From the NCBI GenBank assembly GCA_964360255.1, contig CAYHVK010000017.1:4469-68468 (forward strand): a DNA stretch of 64,000 nucleotides, read 5' to 3'. Positions 9,072 to 18,476 of this stretch are shown here, in pieces (the first letter of the stretch is position 1; every line of letters starts with the position of its first letter). Source of the DNA: an uncultured Pseudobdellovibrionaceae bacterium. GTDB lineage: Bacteria > Bdellovibrionota > Bdellovibrionia > Bdellovibrionales > UBA1609. The translations under genes were made by a program, and so were the position numbers. The notes beneath the pieces are model-generated. The model had not been told where the DNA came from, ran no database searches, and saw nothing but the letters and a program-made list of their open reading frames with translations.

Positions 9072-11359
9072 CACGTAAAAAAATAAGATATAGAAACTTG
9101 AAGTTGACCGCTATCGCTATTTTAATTCTCGGCATGAATGCCGAGGCTCAGTTAAAATCCATCACCCTCAGGTGGAATGACAAACCAGCCACTAACCGCT
9201 GGCTTTTTGAAGATAAGCCAAAAATTTTAGATCGTGGTTTAGTTGTTGATCTTTACAATGTGAAGCGGGCAGAGGCCGATAAGAATTATGAAAAGTGTTA
9301 CTCTTTAGTTAAAAAAGCTGATGTAAAAGGGTCTTTGATCCGTCACTGGTTGGTTTTACAAAGACTTAATTGTGCTATTGCTCACTATAAAATGAAAAAG
9401 AAGGGTGTCGAGTATTTACAAGAGTCTTTCTCAGTAGTGGTTCGTGACCGCGATTTGTTTTCACCTGGAAACCATTTAAATAAAATGCGCGAGAAATGGA
9501 ATGAAGCTGGACTTCTGCTTTTTGATGCCCAGATGCGGGCTCGCTCGAAAACCGCGTGGAAGACTTACGATGCTCTCGAAGAATTTTCTTTTTACCTCTC
9601 GCGCAGCCAAAGAGCGGAAATGTATCGCCTCGCTGGTGAAATTGCTTTTTACGAGCAGAACCTGCCTTTAGCAGTTTCATTTTACACCAGATCACTCAGC
9701 GAAGAAAATCGTGACGGCGTGCAAGCTCGTCTTAAAATTATTCGTAATGAATACTTGCGAGCCATGAAAAAACCGCTCCCATCAGACGCTACTGTGACTG
9801 TGGATGATTCTTTATCGGCAACAGCTGCAGAATTAGCTATTGAAAAGCGAATGAAAGAATCAAGTCAGAGTAATGACTTAGTGGCCGTGGTTGAAGATGG
9901 TGTGCAACTCTTAAGAGAATTCCCAGGTGGAATTCGAGCACATGCCGCCCACAAACAGATTCTGAATATCTATTTAAATCTTGCCAATAAAAAAGACGAG
10001 AAGTTTGTAAACCTGCGCAAGCGGGTGGTGTCACAAATGGCAAAAGTTGATGGGGCTCGTCTATTTGAATGGGCCAGTGTCATGGTGGCTCGTGAGTATT
10101 ATGAAGACGCAATAACCCTCGCTGAAAGCTCAGCCGAGCAGCTGGGCGGCCAGCCTTTATCAACGGCGGTTGTGCTACTCGCCGCAGATAGCGCCCTTCA
10201 TTCATCTGACTTTAAATTAGCACAAAAATATTTCGAGCTTTTGATTCAGAAGCACGCGGGCACTGAGGCTTCTTTTGAGGCCACATTCCGTTTCGGGCTT
10301 TTGCAGTATCGTCAGGGCGCTTATGCTGAAGCCTCAACGCTCTTTGAAAAATATTTGATGAATCGTCAAAATCAGACAGGTTATTTAGAGTTTGATATTC
10401 CGGCGATGTATTGGATGTGGCGGGCTCAACAACAACTCAAGAACACGCGCGCTGATGAAGTGGCCAAAGAATTAATTCGTCGCTTTCCCCTCAGTTATTA
10501 TGGTTTAAAAGCCCGTTACGAATTGGGTGGGCAGAAGCTGGCGTTTGAGAAGAAAATTATCGGACCGAAAGTAAAAGCTGAAGTTTTTGTTACTCCGCAC
10601 GAGAGCGAAGCTTGGGAGAGGTTTTTAATTCTCGCACGCGCCGGATGGATGAGTGAGGCTCAGGCTGAACTTGATTTAATTTCGCCTCCAGCCGACGCCG
10701 AAGGTAAAATTATCTGGGCCCGTTTATGGGCTTCAGTTCTTGGCTACAATAAAGCTTTTGAGCTTTTGACTTCTGCCTGGCAAGAAGATGCTGCGCTGAT
10801 TCACGAAGAAGCTCTTAAGATTGCTTATCCAAAAGAATTTTTAAGTTTGATTGAGGCCGAAGCGAAGCGCACAAAACTACCAGTAATATTAGTACTTTCG
10901 CTCATGCGCCAAGAGAGCAGTTTTCGTTTTGATGTGACCAGCCCAGCCAATGCCATGGGACTTATGCAGATTATTCCAACGACGGCGAAAGAAATTGCCG
11001 GTGATATGAAATTAAGATCCTACACAATGGCGCAGGATTTGTTTTTGCCTTCTGTGAATGTAAAAATCGGCACCACTTATCTTTCAAGATTGCTGAGAAA
11101 TTTTGATGGCAATGTTCCTCTCGCTCTTGCGGCTTACAATGCAGGAATTGGTAATGTAAAAGGGTGGTTGGCTGCGCGTAGAGACTTGAAAGATTTGAAG
11201 TCTGTGAAAAGCTCTGAAACCCAAGCTGAGATTTGGTTTGACGAACTTCCATGGAGCGAAACAAGTGGCTATATTAAATCCATTCTTCGTAATTATTTAA
11301 TCTACCGGTATTTAGACCAGGGTGATGTGGTTTGGAAAGATCCGGTTTGGCAGAATTAG
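9068..11359 (+). CDS. slt: Soluble lytic murein transglycosylase (Slt70-like: superhelical N-domain + SLT domain)
   Basis: C-terminal SLT motifs LMRQESSFRFDVTSPANAMGLMQIIPTTA (catalytic E-S) and LALAAYNAGIGNV. Long helical-repeat N-terminus and a signal peptide. ATGA overlap with batD. Confidence 0.85.
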   Translation: MTRKKIRYRNLKLTAIAILILGMNAEAQLKSITLRWNDKPATNRWLFEDKPKILDRGLVVDLYNVKRAEADKNYEKCYSLVKKADVKGSLIRHWLVLQRLNCAIAHYKMKKKGVEYLQESFSVVVRDRDLFSPGNHLNKMREKWNEAGLLLFDAQMRARSKTAWKTYDALEEFSFYLSRSQRAEMYRLAGEIAFYEQNLPLAVSFYTRSLSEENRDGVQARLKIIRNEYLRAMKKPLPSDATVTVDDSLSATAAELAIEKRMKESSQSNDLVAVVEDGVQLLREFPGGIRAHAAHKQILNIYLNLANKKDEKFVNLRKRVVSQMAKVDGARLFEWASVMVAREYYEDAITLAESSAEQLGGQPLSTAVVLLAADSALHSSDFKLAQKYFELLIQKHAGTEASFEATFRFGLLQYRQGAYAEASTLFEKYLMNRQNQTGYLEFDIPAMYWMWRAQQQLKNTRADEVAKELIRRFPLSYYGLKARYELGGQKLAFEKKIIGPKVKAEVFVTPHESEAWERFLILARAGWMSEAQAELDLISPPADAEGKIIWARLWASVLGYNKAFELLTSAWQEDAALIHEEALKIAYPKEFLSLIEAEAKRTKLPVILVLSLMRQESSFRFDVTSPANAMGLMQIIPTTAKEIAGDMKLRSYTMAQDLFLPSVNVKIGTTYLSRLLRNFDGNVPLALAAYNAGIGNVKGWLAARRDLKDLKSVKSSETQAEIWFDELPWSETSGYIKSILRNYLIYRYLDQGDVVWKDPVWQN

Positions 11360-11406
11360 GGTTGTTTTAGTTGTAAAAAACGTAAACTATCGCGTAGACT
11401 AATTTC

Positions 11407-13035
11407 ATGAATAAAAGACTCAAAATCATCTTTGCCGCAGGGCTCTTGCTAGGCGTAGGTCTAGCTACTTCAGGCTGTGCTACTTCTGGTTCTAAGAATA
11501 TTCAAGAAGTGACAGTGACACCTCCGGCAGACGGTTACAAGCCAAGTCCGCACTACGGAAACGTTTCAACTCCAATGAATCCTTCTGTACAAAAATGGAT
11601 CAATTATTTCACGGGCCGCGGACGCAAGCACATGCAAGTGTACTTAGAGCGCTCTTCTCGTTATATCCCAATGATGAAAGGTGTTTTTCGCGAACGCGGA
11701 ATGCCTGATGAGTTGGCTTACATCGCCCTTATTGAATCGGGTTTCAGTCCAACTGCATTCAGTCATGCATCAGCCGTGGGTTATTGGCAGTTTATTCGCG
11801 GAACAGGTCTTCGCTACAATTTGAAAATCGATCCGTATACTGATGAAAGACGTGATCCGATTCTTTCAACTCAAGCCGCAGCTAATTATCTCGACACTCT
11901 TTATGGAATGTTCGGTGATTGGCACTTAGCGATTGCTTCTTACAATGCTGGTGAGAACCGTATTGCAGGCGCTGTTAGAAAAACAAGAAACCGTAATTTC
12001 TGGGAGATCGCAGCCATGCGCCGTGCGCTTCCGCGTGAAACGCAAAACTATATTCCTAAATACGTAGCTGCGGTTTACATCGCTTCAAATCCTGAAGCGT
12101 ATGGTTTTACGAATATTGATTTTCAGCCTGAGTTCGAGTTTGAATCTATTGTCATCCAGAAACCTGTGAGTCTTGAACTCTTAGCAGAAGCTCTCGGTAT
12201 TAAGTACGAAGATTTAAAGCGTATGAACCCACGTTATAAGAGCGATTATGTTCCGGTTTACACGGACCGAGAAAATGCCGTTCGCGTACCAGTCGGCCGC
12301 ACAGCTGATGCTTTGGCAATGATAGAGCGAGCTTACTCAGAGGCCCCACGTCGCTATATCGCAAGTTTCGAGTATTATAAAGTTCGTCGGGGCGACACAC
12401 TTTCAGGTATTGCGAGAAAGTTTCGCACCTCAATTGCACGTATACGTGACCTCAATGATTGGGCGGGCCGCAAAACTATGATTCGCATAGGCCAGAAAAT
12501 TAAAGTTCCAGATGGAATGCCAATGCAAGCCATTGAGCGTGAAACGAAGAAAGAAAAGTCTTCACGTGCTCCTGCGGCTAAAAAAGAAAGTAATAACATT
12601 CAAGTTCGTTATCATAGAGTTGAAAAGGGTGAGACCCTTCTTGGTATTGCTCATCGTAATAACCTAACTATGAGTGAATTGATCAAATTGAACAAGATGG
12701 CTAATCGCAAACATGTACGTATTGGCGAAAAGCTTCTTGTTTCTAAAAAATTCTTATCTTCCGATGAAGTTGAACGACTTGCGAGAAGTTCAGATGCGCC
12801 AGCTTCAAAGAAGATCGCACGTAATACTAGCAAAGCAAAGTCTTCGAAACGTGTCAGTCGTGTAGCCGGTGCTTCGCGCGCCACTGCATCTAAAAAGCAC
12901 ACAGTTCGTCGCGGTGAGAACCTAACGACTATAGCTCGTCAGTATAACGTTTCAGTGGGCGAGATCACTAAAGCCAACGCTCTCAATACGCGGGCTAAAC
13001 TTTTTGTTGGTAAATCAATTATCATTCCTGATTAA
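11407..13035 (+). CDS. mltD: Membrane-bound lytic transglycosylase D-like lipoprotein with three LysM domains
   Basis: Lipobox LATSGC. SLT motifs ALIESGFSP...AVGYWQF and ASYNAGENR. Three LysM repeats (YKVRRGDTLSGIARKF; HRVEKGETLLGIAHRN; HTVRRGENLTTIARQY). Confidence 0.85.
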   Translation: MNKRLKIIFAAGLLLGVGLATSGCATSGSKNIQEVTVTPPADGYKPSPHYGNVSTPMNPSVQKWINYFTGRGRKHMQVYLERSSRYIPMMKGVFRERGMPDELAYIALIESGFSPTAFSHASAVGYWQFIRGTGLRYNLKIDPYTDERRDPILSTQAAANYLDTLYGMFGDWHLAIASYNAGENRIAGAVRKTRNRNFWEIAAMRRALPRETQNYIPKYVAAVYIASNPEAYGFTNIDFQPEFEFESIVIQKPVSLELLAEALGIKYEDLKRMNPRYKSDYVPVYTDRENAVRVPVGRTADALAMIERAYSEAPRRYIASFEYYKVRRGDTLSGIARKFRTSIARIRDLNDWAGRKTMIRIGQKIKVPDGMPMQAIERETKKEKSSRAPAAKKESNNIQVRYHRVEKGETLLGIAHRNNLTMSELIKLNKMANRKHVRIGEKLLVSKKFLSSDEVERLARSSDAPASKKIARNTSKAKSSKRVSRVAGASRATASKKHTVRRGENLTTIARQYNVSVGEITKANALNTRAKLFVGKSIIIPD

Positions 13036-13055
13036 TAAGTAGGTGCTGAAAGCTG

Positions 13056-13847
13056 TTACTCAGTCTGCTTAAGAACTGCAGCCGCGAGTTCAGCAAAGGC
13101 TTTCGCTTCAGCCGAGTTCGGATGCGAAATCACAACCGGCATACCGGCTTCTGTGGTTACGCCAACCATTGGGTGAAACGGTACCGTTGTCAGTTTAGAA
13201 ATCTTTTTCGCATCAAGGTAGGCATCAAGATCGCCGCGCGCAAAAAGCTGAATCTTCTGCTCGCCATCAGGGCCGAGCATGTAAGACATATTTTCAACTA
13301 CACCCAAAAGCGGAATGCTCACCTGATCAAACATATCGATGGCTTTTTTAGCATCAACTAAAGCTAAGTTTTGCGGAGTGCAGACGATGATCGCTCCATC
13401 AACTGGGATTTTTTGTGCAACAGTCAGCGGAACATCACCAGTGCCTGGAGGTAGATCAATAACTAAGTAATCTAAAGTTCCCCAGTCCACATCGCGAAAG
13501 AATTGATCCATAGCTTTGAAAAGCATAGGGCCACGCCAAACAACGGCTGAGCCTTCATCAATCAAAAAACCAATGCTCATAAGTTTGAGACCGTGGCGAA
13601 TGATGGGCTGAATGCGCGACTTCTCGTTCACCTGAGGAATCTGGTTCATTGCGCCAAACATACGCGGTACTGAAGGACCGTATATATCCGCATCCAAAAG
13701 ACCTACAGTTTTACCGGTGTTCTTAAGTGCTAAGGCCAAATTCGCGGCCACCGTGCTTTTGCCAACTCCACCTTTACCCGAACCAACAAGAATAACTTTT
13801 TTAATGCCCTCAATAGGGGCCTGACGTGTGAACGGGTTCGTTGACAT
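13056..13847 (-). CDS. apbC: Mrp/ApbC Fe-S cluster carrier ATPase
   Basis: Deviant Walker A SGKGGVGKSTVAANLA, then DADIYGPS and the CTPQ..AL.D block. Start set at ATG 13845-13847 (MSTNPF...) with GAGGAGAA upstream. The longer track ORF adds 39 aa with no homology. Confidence 0.9.
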   Translation of the reverse strand: MSTNPFTRQAPIEGIKKVILVGSGKGGVGKSTVAANLALALKNTGKTVGLLDADIYGPSVPRMFGAMNQIPQVNEKSRIQPIIRHGLKLMSIGFLIDEGSAVVWRGPMLFKAMDQFFRDVDWGTLDYLVIDLPPGTGDVPLTVAQKIPVDGAIIVCTPQNLALVDAKKAIDMFDQVSIPLLGVVENMSYMLGPDGEQKIQLFARGDLDAYLDAKKISKLTTVPFHPMVGVTTEAGMPVVISHPNSAEAKAFAELAAAVLKQTE

Positions 13848-13876
13848 AGTATTCTCCTCAAACAAAAATAAAGTAG

Positions 13877-14230
13877 ATGGGTCCTTACATAATTTGCGCA
13901 ATCGTCTTTTTCGGCCTGCTGCTGTACATGCTAGCGCGCCCGAAAACCCGTCGGCCCAACCCATTAAAATTAAGCACGCATAAACTACGCCACTCTCCGG
14001 TAGAGAGCAAGCCAGTCACAGACTCAAAAGGCCGCACCGTGAAAGAATTAAACGTTATTTTTCAGTATAACGGTCACGACTTTGATGCTTACGAAGCTTT
14101 AGGTTTACCTGCCGGCTCAAGCTCTGAAAATGCAAGAATCGCTTTTGAAAATGCTAAAAACCATGCTGATCCTGGCGCCCGTGAGTTTCTTGAGACCGCC
14201 TATCAATCCATCGTCAAAAGCCGCTCTTAA
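13877..14230 (+). CDS. Small N-terminally anchored protein with a J-domain-like C-terminus
   Basis: TM segment YIICAIVFFGLLLYML. C-terminal DAYEALGLPAGSSSENARIAFENAKNHADPGAREFLETAYQSI resembles J-domain helices I-III, but reads HAD instead of HPD. Confidence 0.4.
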   Translation: MGPYIICAIVFFGLLLYMLARPKTRRPNPLKLSTHKLRHSPVESKPVTDSKGRTVKELNVIFQYNGHDFDAYEALGLPAGSSSENARIAFENAKNHADPGAREFLETAYQSIVKSRS

Positions 14231-14328
14231 ATCATTACGTTAACGCCGCATGCCACATTGACTGATTTTTTTAGCAATGGTACTCGAAATAGCTGAATTA
14301 CATCAGCTTCAGATCCTAAGGGAGAACC

Positions 14329-15714
14329 ATGAAAGACAAGCGTCTATCCGACTTGCAAACCCTCGTGTCACTTTGCAAGCGCAGGGGATTCATTTTTCAA
14401 TCCAGCGAAGTCTATGGCGGCCTCAATTCTTGCTGGGATTACGGACCTTTAGGCTCACAATTTAAACTTCAAGTTAAGCTTTCTTGGTGGCAGCGTATGA
14501 CGAAACGTCATGACATTGTTGGTCTCGATGCTGCGATTCTTATGCACCCAACAGTTTGGAAAGCTTCTGGTCACGTCGATGGTTTCAGCGATCCGCTCAG
14601 CGATTGCAAAAACTGTAAGGCGCGCTTTCGTTTAGATACGGCTCCTGAAAAAGATGGCAAAACAGTTTGTCCTTCATGCGGCTCGGGCGATATTACGGCT
14701 CCAAGAAATTTCAATTTAATGTTTAAGACTCACATGGGTCCGGTAGAAGATTCAGGAGCTGTGGTTTACCTTCGTCCTGAAACAGCTCAAGGCATCTTTG
14801 TTAACTTTGAAAATGTCGCAACTTCAATGCGCAAAAAAATTCCATTCGGTATTGCGCAAATCGGTAAGTCTTTCCGTAACGAAATCACGCCAGGTAACTT
14901 TACATTCAGAACCCGTGAGTTCGAACAGATGGAGATGCAATACTTCGTTAAGCCAGGTTCAGATATGGAGTGGTTTGAGAAGTGGAAATCTGAGCGCATG
15001 GCTCATTATGCAGATTTGGGTTTTGATCCGAAGTACTTGCGCTTTAAAGAGCACGGCCCAACAGAATTGGCTCACTATGCGCGCGCCGCTTTCGATGTGC
15101 AGTATGAATTCCCATTCGGCTGGCAAGAGCTTGAAGGCGTGCACAACCGTGGCGATTTCGATCTCACTCAGCACTCAAAATTTTCTGGCAAGAAACTTGA
15201 GTATTTCGATGAAGCAGCAAAAGAAAAATTTGTGCCGTACGTGATCGAAACAGCTGTGGGCTGTGATCGTTTGGCCCTTGCACTTCTTTGCCATGCCTAT
15301 GCTGAAGAGACACTTGAAGGTGCTGCAGCCACTGAAAGTGAAAAGGGCGAAAAAGCCGGCGAGAAGACTGAAAAGGCAGAGGCGACTCGTATCGTTCTGC
15401 GCTTCAAGCCAGAACTCGCTCCAACGCAAGTTGCGGTATTGCCGCTTTCAAAAAAACCAGACCTACAAAATCTCGGCATGAAGCTTCGTGATGATTTATC
15501 AGCGAGCTATCGTGCGGATTACGATGAGTCGGCGAGTATCGGTAAACGCTACCGTCGCCAAGACGAAATCGGAACTCCATTCTGCGTAACTGTAGATTTC
15601 GATACTTTAGTCGATCAGAAGGTGACCGTTCGTCACCGTGACAAGATGACTCAAGATCGTGTGGAGCTGTCACAGATCAAGAATTATCTAACTGAAAAAT
15701 TACTTAGTTTTTAG
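14329..15714 (+). CDS. glyQS: Glycine--tRNA ligase (homodimeric class II type)
   Basis: Full-length match by eye: [34 protein letters not shown]. Contains a short E/K/A-rich insertion before the anticodon-binding domain. Confidence 0.95.
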   Translation: MKDKRLSDLQTLVSLCKRRGFIFQSSEVYGGLNSCWDYGPLGSQFKLQVKLSWWQRMTKRHDIVGLDAAILMHPTVWKASGHVDGFSDPLSDCKNCKARFRLDTAPEKDGKTVCPSCGSGDITAPRNFNLMFKTHMGPVEDSGAVVYLRPETAQGIFVNFENVATSMRKKIPFGIAQIGKSFRNEITPGNFTFRTREFEQMEMQYFVKPGSDMEWFEKWKSERMAHYADLGFDPKYLRFKEHGPTELAHYARAAFDVQYEFPFGWQELEGVHNRGDFDLTQHSKFSGKKLEYFDEAAKEKFVPYVIETAVGCDRLALALLCHAYAEETLEGAAATESEKGEKAGEKTEKAEATRIVLRFKPELAPTQVAVLPLSKKPDLQNLGMKLRDDLSASYRADYDESASIGKRYRRQDEIGTPFCVTVDFDTLVDQKVTVRHRDKMTQDRVELSQIKNYLTEKLLSF

Positions 15715-15722
15715 GAGAAAAA

Positions 15723-18476
15723 GTGAAAACGATGGAAGCTTCTAACTCGCCAAAAAATTCTGTAAAAGATGCGACCGCTAAAACAAGTACACCAGGCAAA
15801 ATGGTGTATTTCTTCTCGGCTAAAGAAACCGATGGCCACGCTGGGATGAAAAATATCCTGGGCGGTAAAGGTGCGAACTTAGCTGAAATGTGCAGCTTAG
15901 GTTTACCGGTACCTCCGGGTTTCACGATCTCAACTGAAAACTGCCAGTCGTTCTATGACAACGGCGAAAAACTGCCGGATGCACTTAAAGCTTCTATTGA
16001 AGAAGTAATGTTGAAATTAGAGAAAGTAACGGGCAAAAAATTCGGCGCAAAAATAAATCCACTTCTCGTGAGCGTGCGCTCGGGTGCACGGGCTTCAATG
16101 CCGGGCATGATGGATACAATTTTAAACCTAGGTCTGAATGACGAAACGGTTGAAGTGATGGCCAAAGAAACGGGCAACCCTCGTTTTGCTTGGGACTCTT
16201 ACCGCCGCTTTTTACAAATGTACTCTGATGTCGTCATGAACATGAACTCTTCATTTCTTGAAGTGGCACTTGAAGATATGAAGCATGCAAAGGGCTACAA
16301 GCTCGACACAGAATTGACAGTGGACGATCTTAAAAAATTATCTGCACAATTTAAAAATCAAATTCTTGAAGGAACTGGCAAGACCTTTCCAATGGACCCA
16401 AAAGAGCAATTATGGGGAGCCATTTCAGCGGTCTTCAGAAGCTGGAACACTCCGCGCGCTATCACTTACCGTGAAATGCACGGCTACCCAAGTTCTTGGG
16501 GTACAGCGGTGAATGTTCAATCTATGGTGTTTGGTAATATGGGTGATGACTCGGCAACAGGTGTTGCGTTTACTCGCAATCCATCAACTGGTGAAGACGC
16601 TTATTACGGTGAATTCTTAGTGAATGCTCAAGGTGAAGACGTGGTGGCGGGCATTCGCACTCCACAGCCGCTTACAATTAAAGAGGCTGAAGAGGCAGTG
16701 GCTGCGGGCCAGAAGCGTATGCCTTCTTTAGAAGAAGTGATGCCTAAAGCTTTTGCTGAACTGATCGCCGTATTCGATAAACTCGAAGATCATTATCGCG
16801 ATATGCAAGATATTGAATTCACCATTGAGAAGAACGTTCTTTACATGCTGCAAACTCGTAATGGTAAGCGCACGGCGAAAGCTTCGCTTAAAATTGCGAC
16901 GGATATGATCAGCTCTAAAACAATTACGAAAGAAGAAGCACTCTTACGTATTGACCCTAAAGGTTTAGATCAACTTTTACATCCGACGCTTGACCCGAAA
17001 GCGCAGAAGACAGTTTTAGCAAAAGGTCTTCCGGCGTCTCCGGGCGGAGCCGTTGGGCAAATCGTATTCACTTCTGAAAGCGCTGTTCAATGGGTTGAAG
17101 CCGGCAAGAAAGTGATTCTTGTTCGTATCGAAACTTCTCCAGAAGACATTGAAGGTATGGTGAAGGCTCAGGGTATTTTAACTACTCGTGGCGGTATGAC
17201 TTCTCACGCGGCGGTTGTCGCGCGCGGAATGGGTAAATGCTGTGTGGCGGGCTGTGGTGATGTTGAAGTGAACATGCAGACGAAAACAATTCGTGTGAAT
17301 GATTACATTCTTAAAGAAGGTGATTACATCACTCTTGATGGCTCAACAGGTGAAGTGTTTTTGGGCGAAGTGAAAACCATTGAGCCCAGTCTTGATGAGA
17401 ACTTCGAATACATCATGAAGCTTTCAGATGAATTTAAAACTCTAGGCGTTCGTGCCAATGCTGATACTCCGCTCGATGCAAAAGTAGCCCGTAAGTTCGG
17501 AGCTATGGGTATTGGGCTTTGTCGTACTGAGCATATGTTCTTTGCTCCAGATCGTATTGATGTGGTTCGTGAAATGATTTTAGCTGAAGAGCGCGAAGAA
17601 CGTCTTCATGCGCTTGAGCGATTGCTACCGATGCAGCGCGCAGACTTCGAAGGTCTTTTCACTGAAATGGAAGGTTTGCCGGTTACTATTCGCTTCCTTG
17701 ACCCTCCGCTCCATGAATTCTTACCGACAACAGATTCAGAAATTAAAGAGCTCGCGCGCCGAATTGGCCGTGATGAACATTCTCTTAAAAACAAAATTAA
17801 GAACCTTCATGAGTTCAATCCTATGCTCGGTCACCGTGGTTGCCGCTTAGCAATTACATATCCTGAAATTTATCAAATGCAGGCTCGCGCCGTTGGTGAG
17901 GCGACCGCTAATTTGCTGAAAAAAGGCAAAAACGTCATCGTTGAAATTATGATTCCAATTGTGGCTTTCAAAGGCGAATTACAGCGTCTGCGCCGGGTTT
18001 GCGAAGTTGAACTTGAGAAGGTATCGGTGGCTCACGGAGTGAAGCTGAATATCGCAATTGGTACGATGATTGAGCTCCCTCGTGCCGCTCTAATTGCCGA
18101 TCAAATCGCCGAACATGCTGATTTTTTCAGCTTTGGTACAAATGATTTAACGCAAACGACTTTAGGGGTTTCACGAGACGATTCCGCGCGCTTTTTAAGC
18201 ACGTATGTCAGTGATGGTTTACTGCCAGCAGACCCTTTCCAAACCATCGATCGCGAAGGTGTGGGACAATTAGTTAAAAAAGCTGTTGAATTGGGCCGCC
18301 AAACGCGGTCGGATATCAAATTGGGGATATGTGGGGAGCACGGGGGAGATCCGAACTCTATTGAGTTCTTTCATGAAATAGGACTGAATTATGTCAGCTG
18401 TTCACCTTATCGTGTTCCGATTGCAAGATTAGCTGCAGCTCGCGCTGCATTGCAAACGCGGAAGGTACAACATTGA
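15723..18476 (+). CDS. ppdK: Pyruvate, phosphate dikinase
   Basis: LGGKGANLAEM, phospho-His loop TTRGGMTSHAAVVARGMG, PEP/pyruvate domain GICGEHGGDP. GTG start after AGGAGA. A start at M27 (15801) cannot be excluded. Confidence 0.95.
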   Translation: MKTMEASNSPKNSVKDATAKTSTPGKMVYFFSAKETDGHAGMKNILGGKGANLAEMCSLGLPVPPGFTISTENCQSFYDNGEKLPDALKASIEEVMLKLEKVTGKKFGAKINPLLVSVRSGARASMPGMMDTILNLGLNDETVEVMAKETGNPRFAWDSYRRFLQMYSDVVMNMNSSFLEVALEDMKHAKGYKLDTELTVDDLKKLSAQFKNQILEGTGKTFPMDPKEQLWGAISAVFRSWNTPRAITYREMHGYPSSWGTAVNVQSMVFGNMGDDSATGVAFTRNPSTGEDAYYGEFLVNAQGEDVVAGIRTPQPLTIKEAEEAVAAGQKRMPSLEEVMPKAFAELIAVFDKLEDHYRDMQDIEFTIEKNVLYMLQTRNGKRTAKASLKIATDMISSKTITKEEALLRIDPKGLDQLLHPTLDPKAQKTVLAKGLPASPGGAVGQIVFTSESAVQWVEAGKKVILVRIETSPEDIEGMVKAQGILTTRGGMTSHAAVVARGMGKCCVAGCGDVEVNMQTKTIRVNDYILKEGDYITLDGSTGEVFLGEVKTIEPSLDENFEYIMKLSDEFKTLGVRANADTPLDAKVARKFGAMGIGLCRTEHMFFAPDRIDVVREMILAEEREERLHALERLLPMQRADFEGLFTEMEGLPVTIRFLDPPLHEFLPTTDSEIKELARRIGRDEHSLKNKIKNLHEFNPMLGHRGCRLAITYPEIYQMQARAVGEATANLLKKGKNVIVEIMIPIVAFKGELQRLRRVCEVELEKVSVAHGVKLNIAIGTMIELPRAALIADQIAEHADFFSFGTNDLTQTTLGVSRDDSARFLSTYVSDGLLPADPFQTIDREGVGQLVKKAVELGRQTRSDIKLGICGEHGGDPNSIEFFHEIGLNYVSCSPYRVPIARLAAARAALQTRKVQH

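Noticed and set aside
13062-13072. 11-mer GTCTGCTTAAG shared with the hemA upstream palindrome (48496-48506)
   Set aside because: Hundreds of chance 11-mer repeats are expected in 64 kb (about N^2/2 divided by 4^11). This is not evidence of a shared regulatory site.
14798-15244. 148-aa alternative-frame ORF inside glyQS. Similar internal or antisense ORFs occur at 21727-22203, 22365-22760, 33220-33534, 47282-47647, 47934-48377 and 56889-57317
   Set aside because: All lie wholly or largely within strongly supported conserved genes and show no motifs. They are typical spurious overlapping ORFs.
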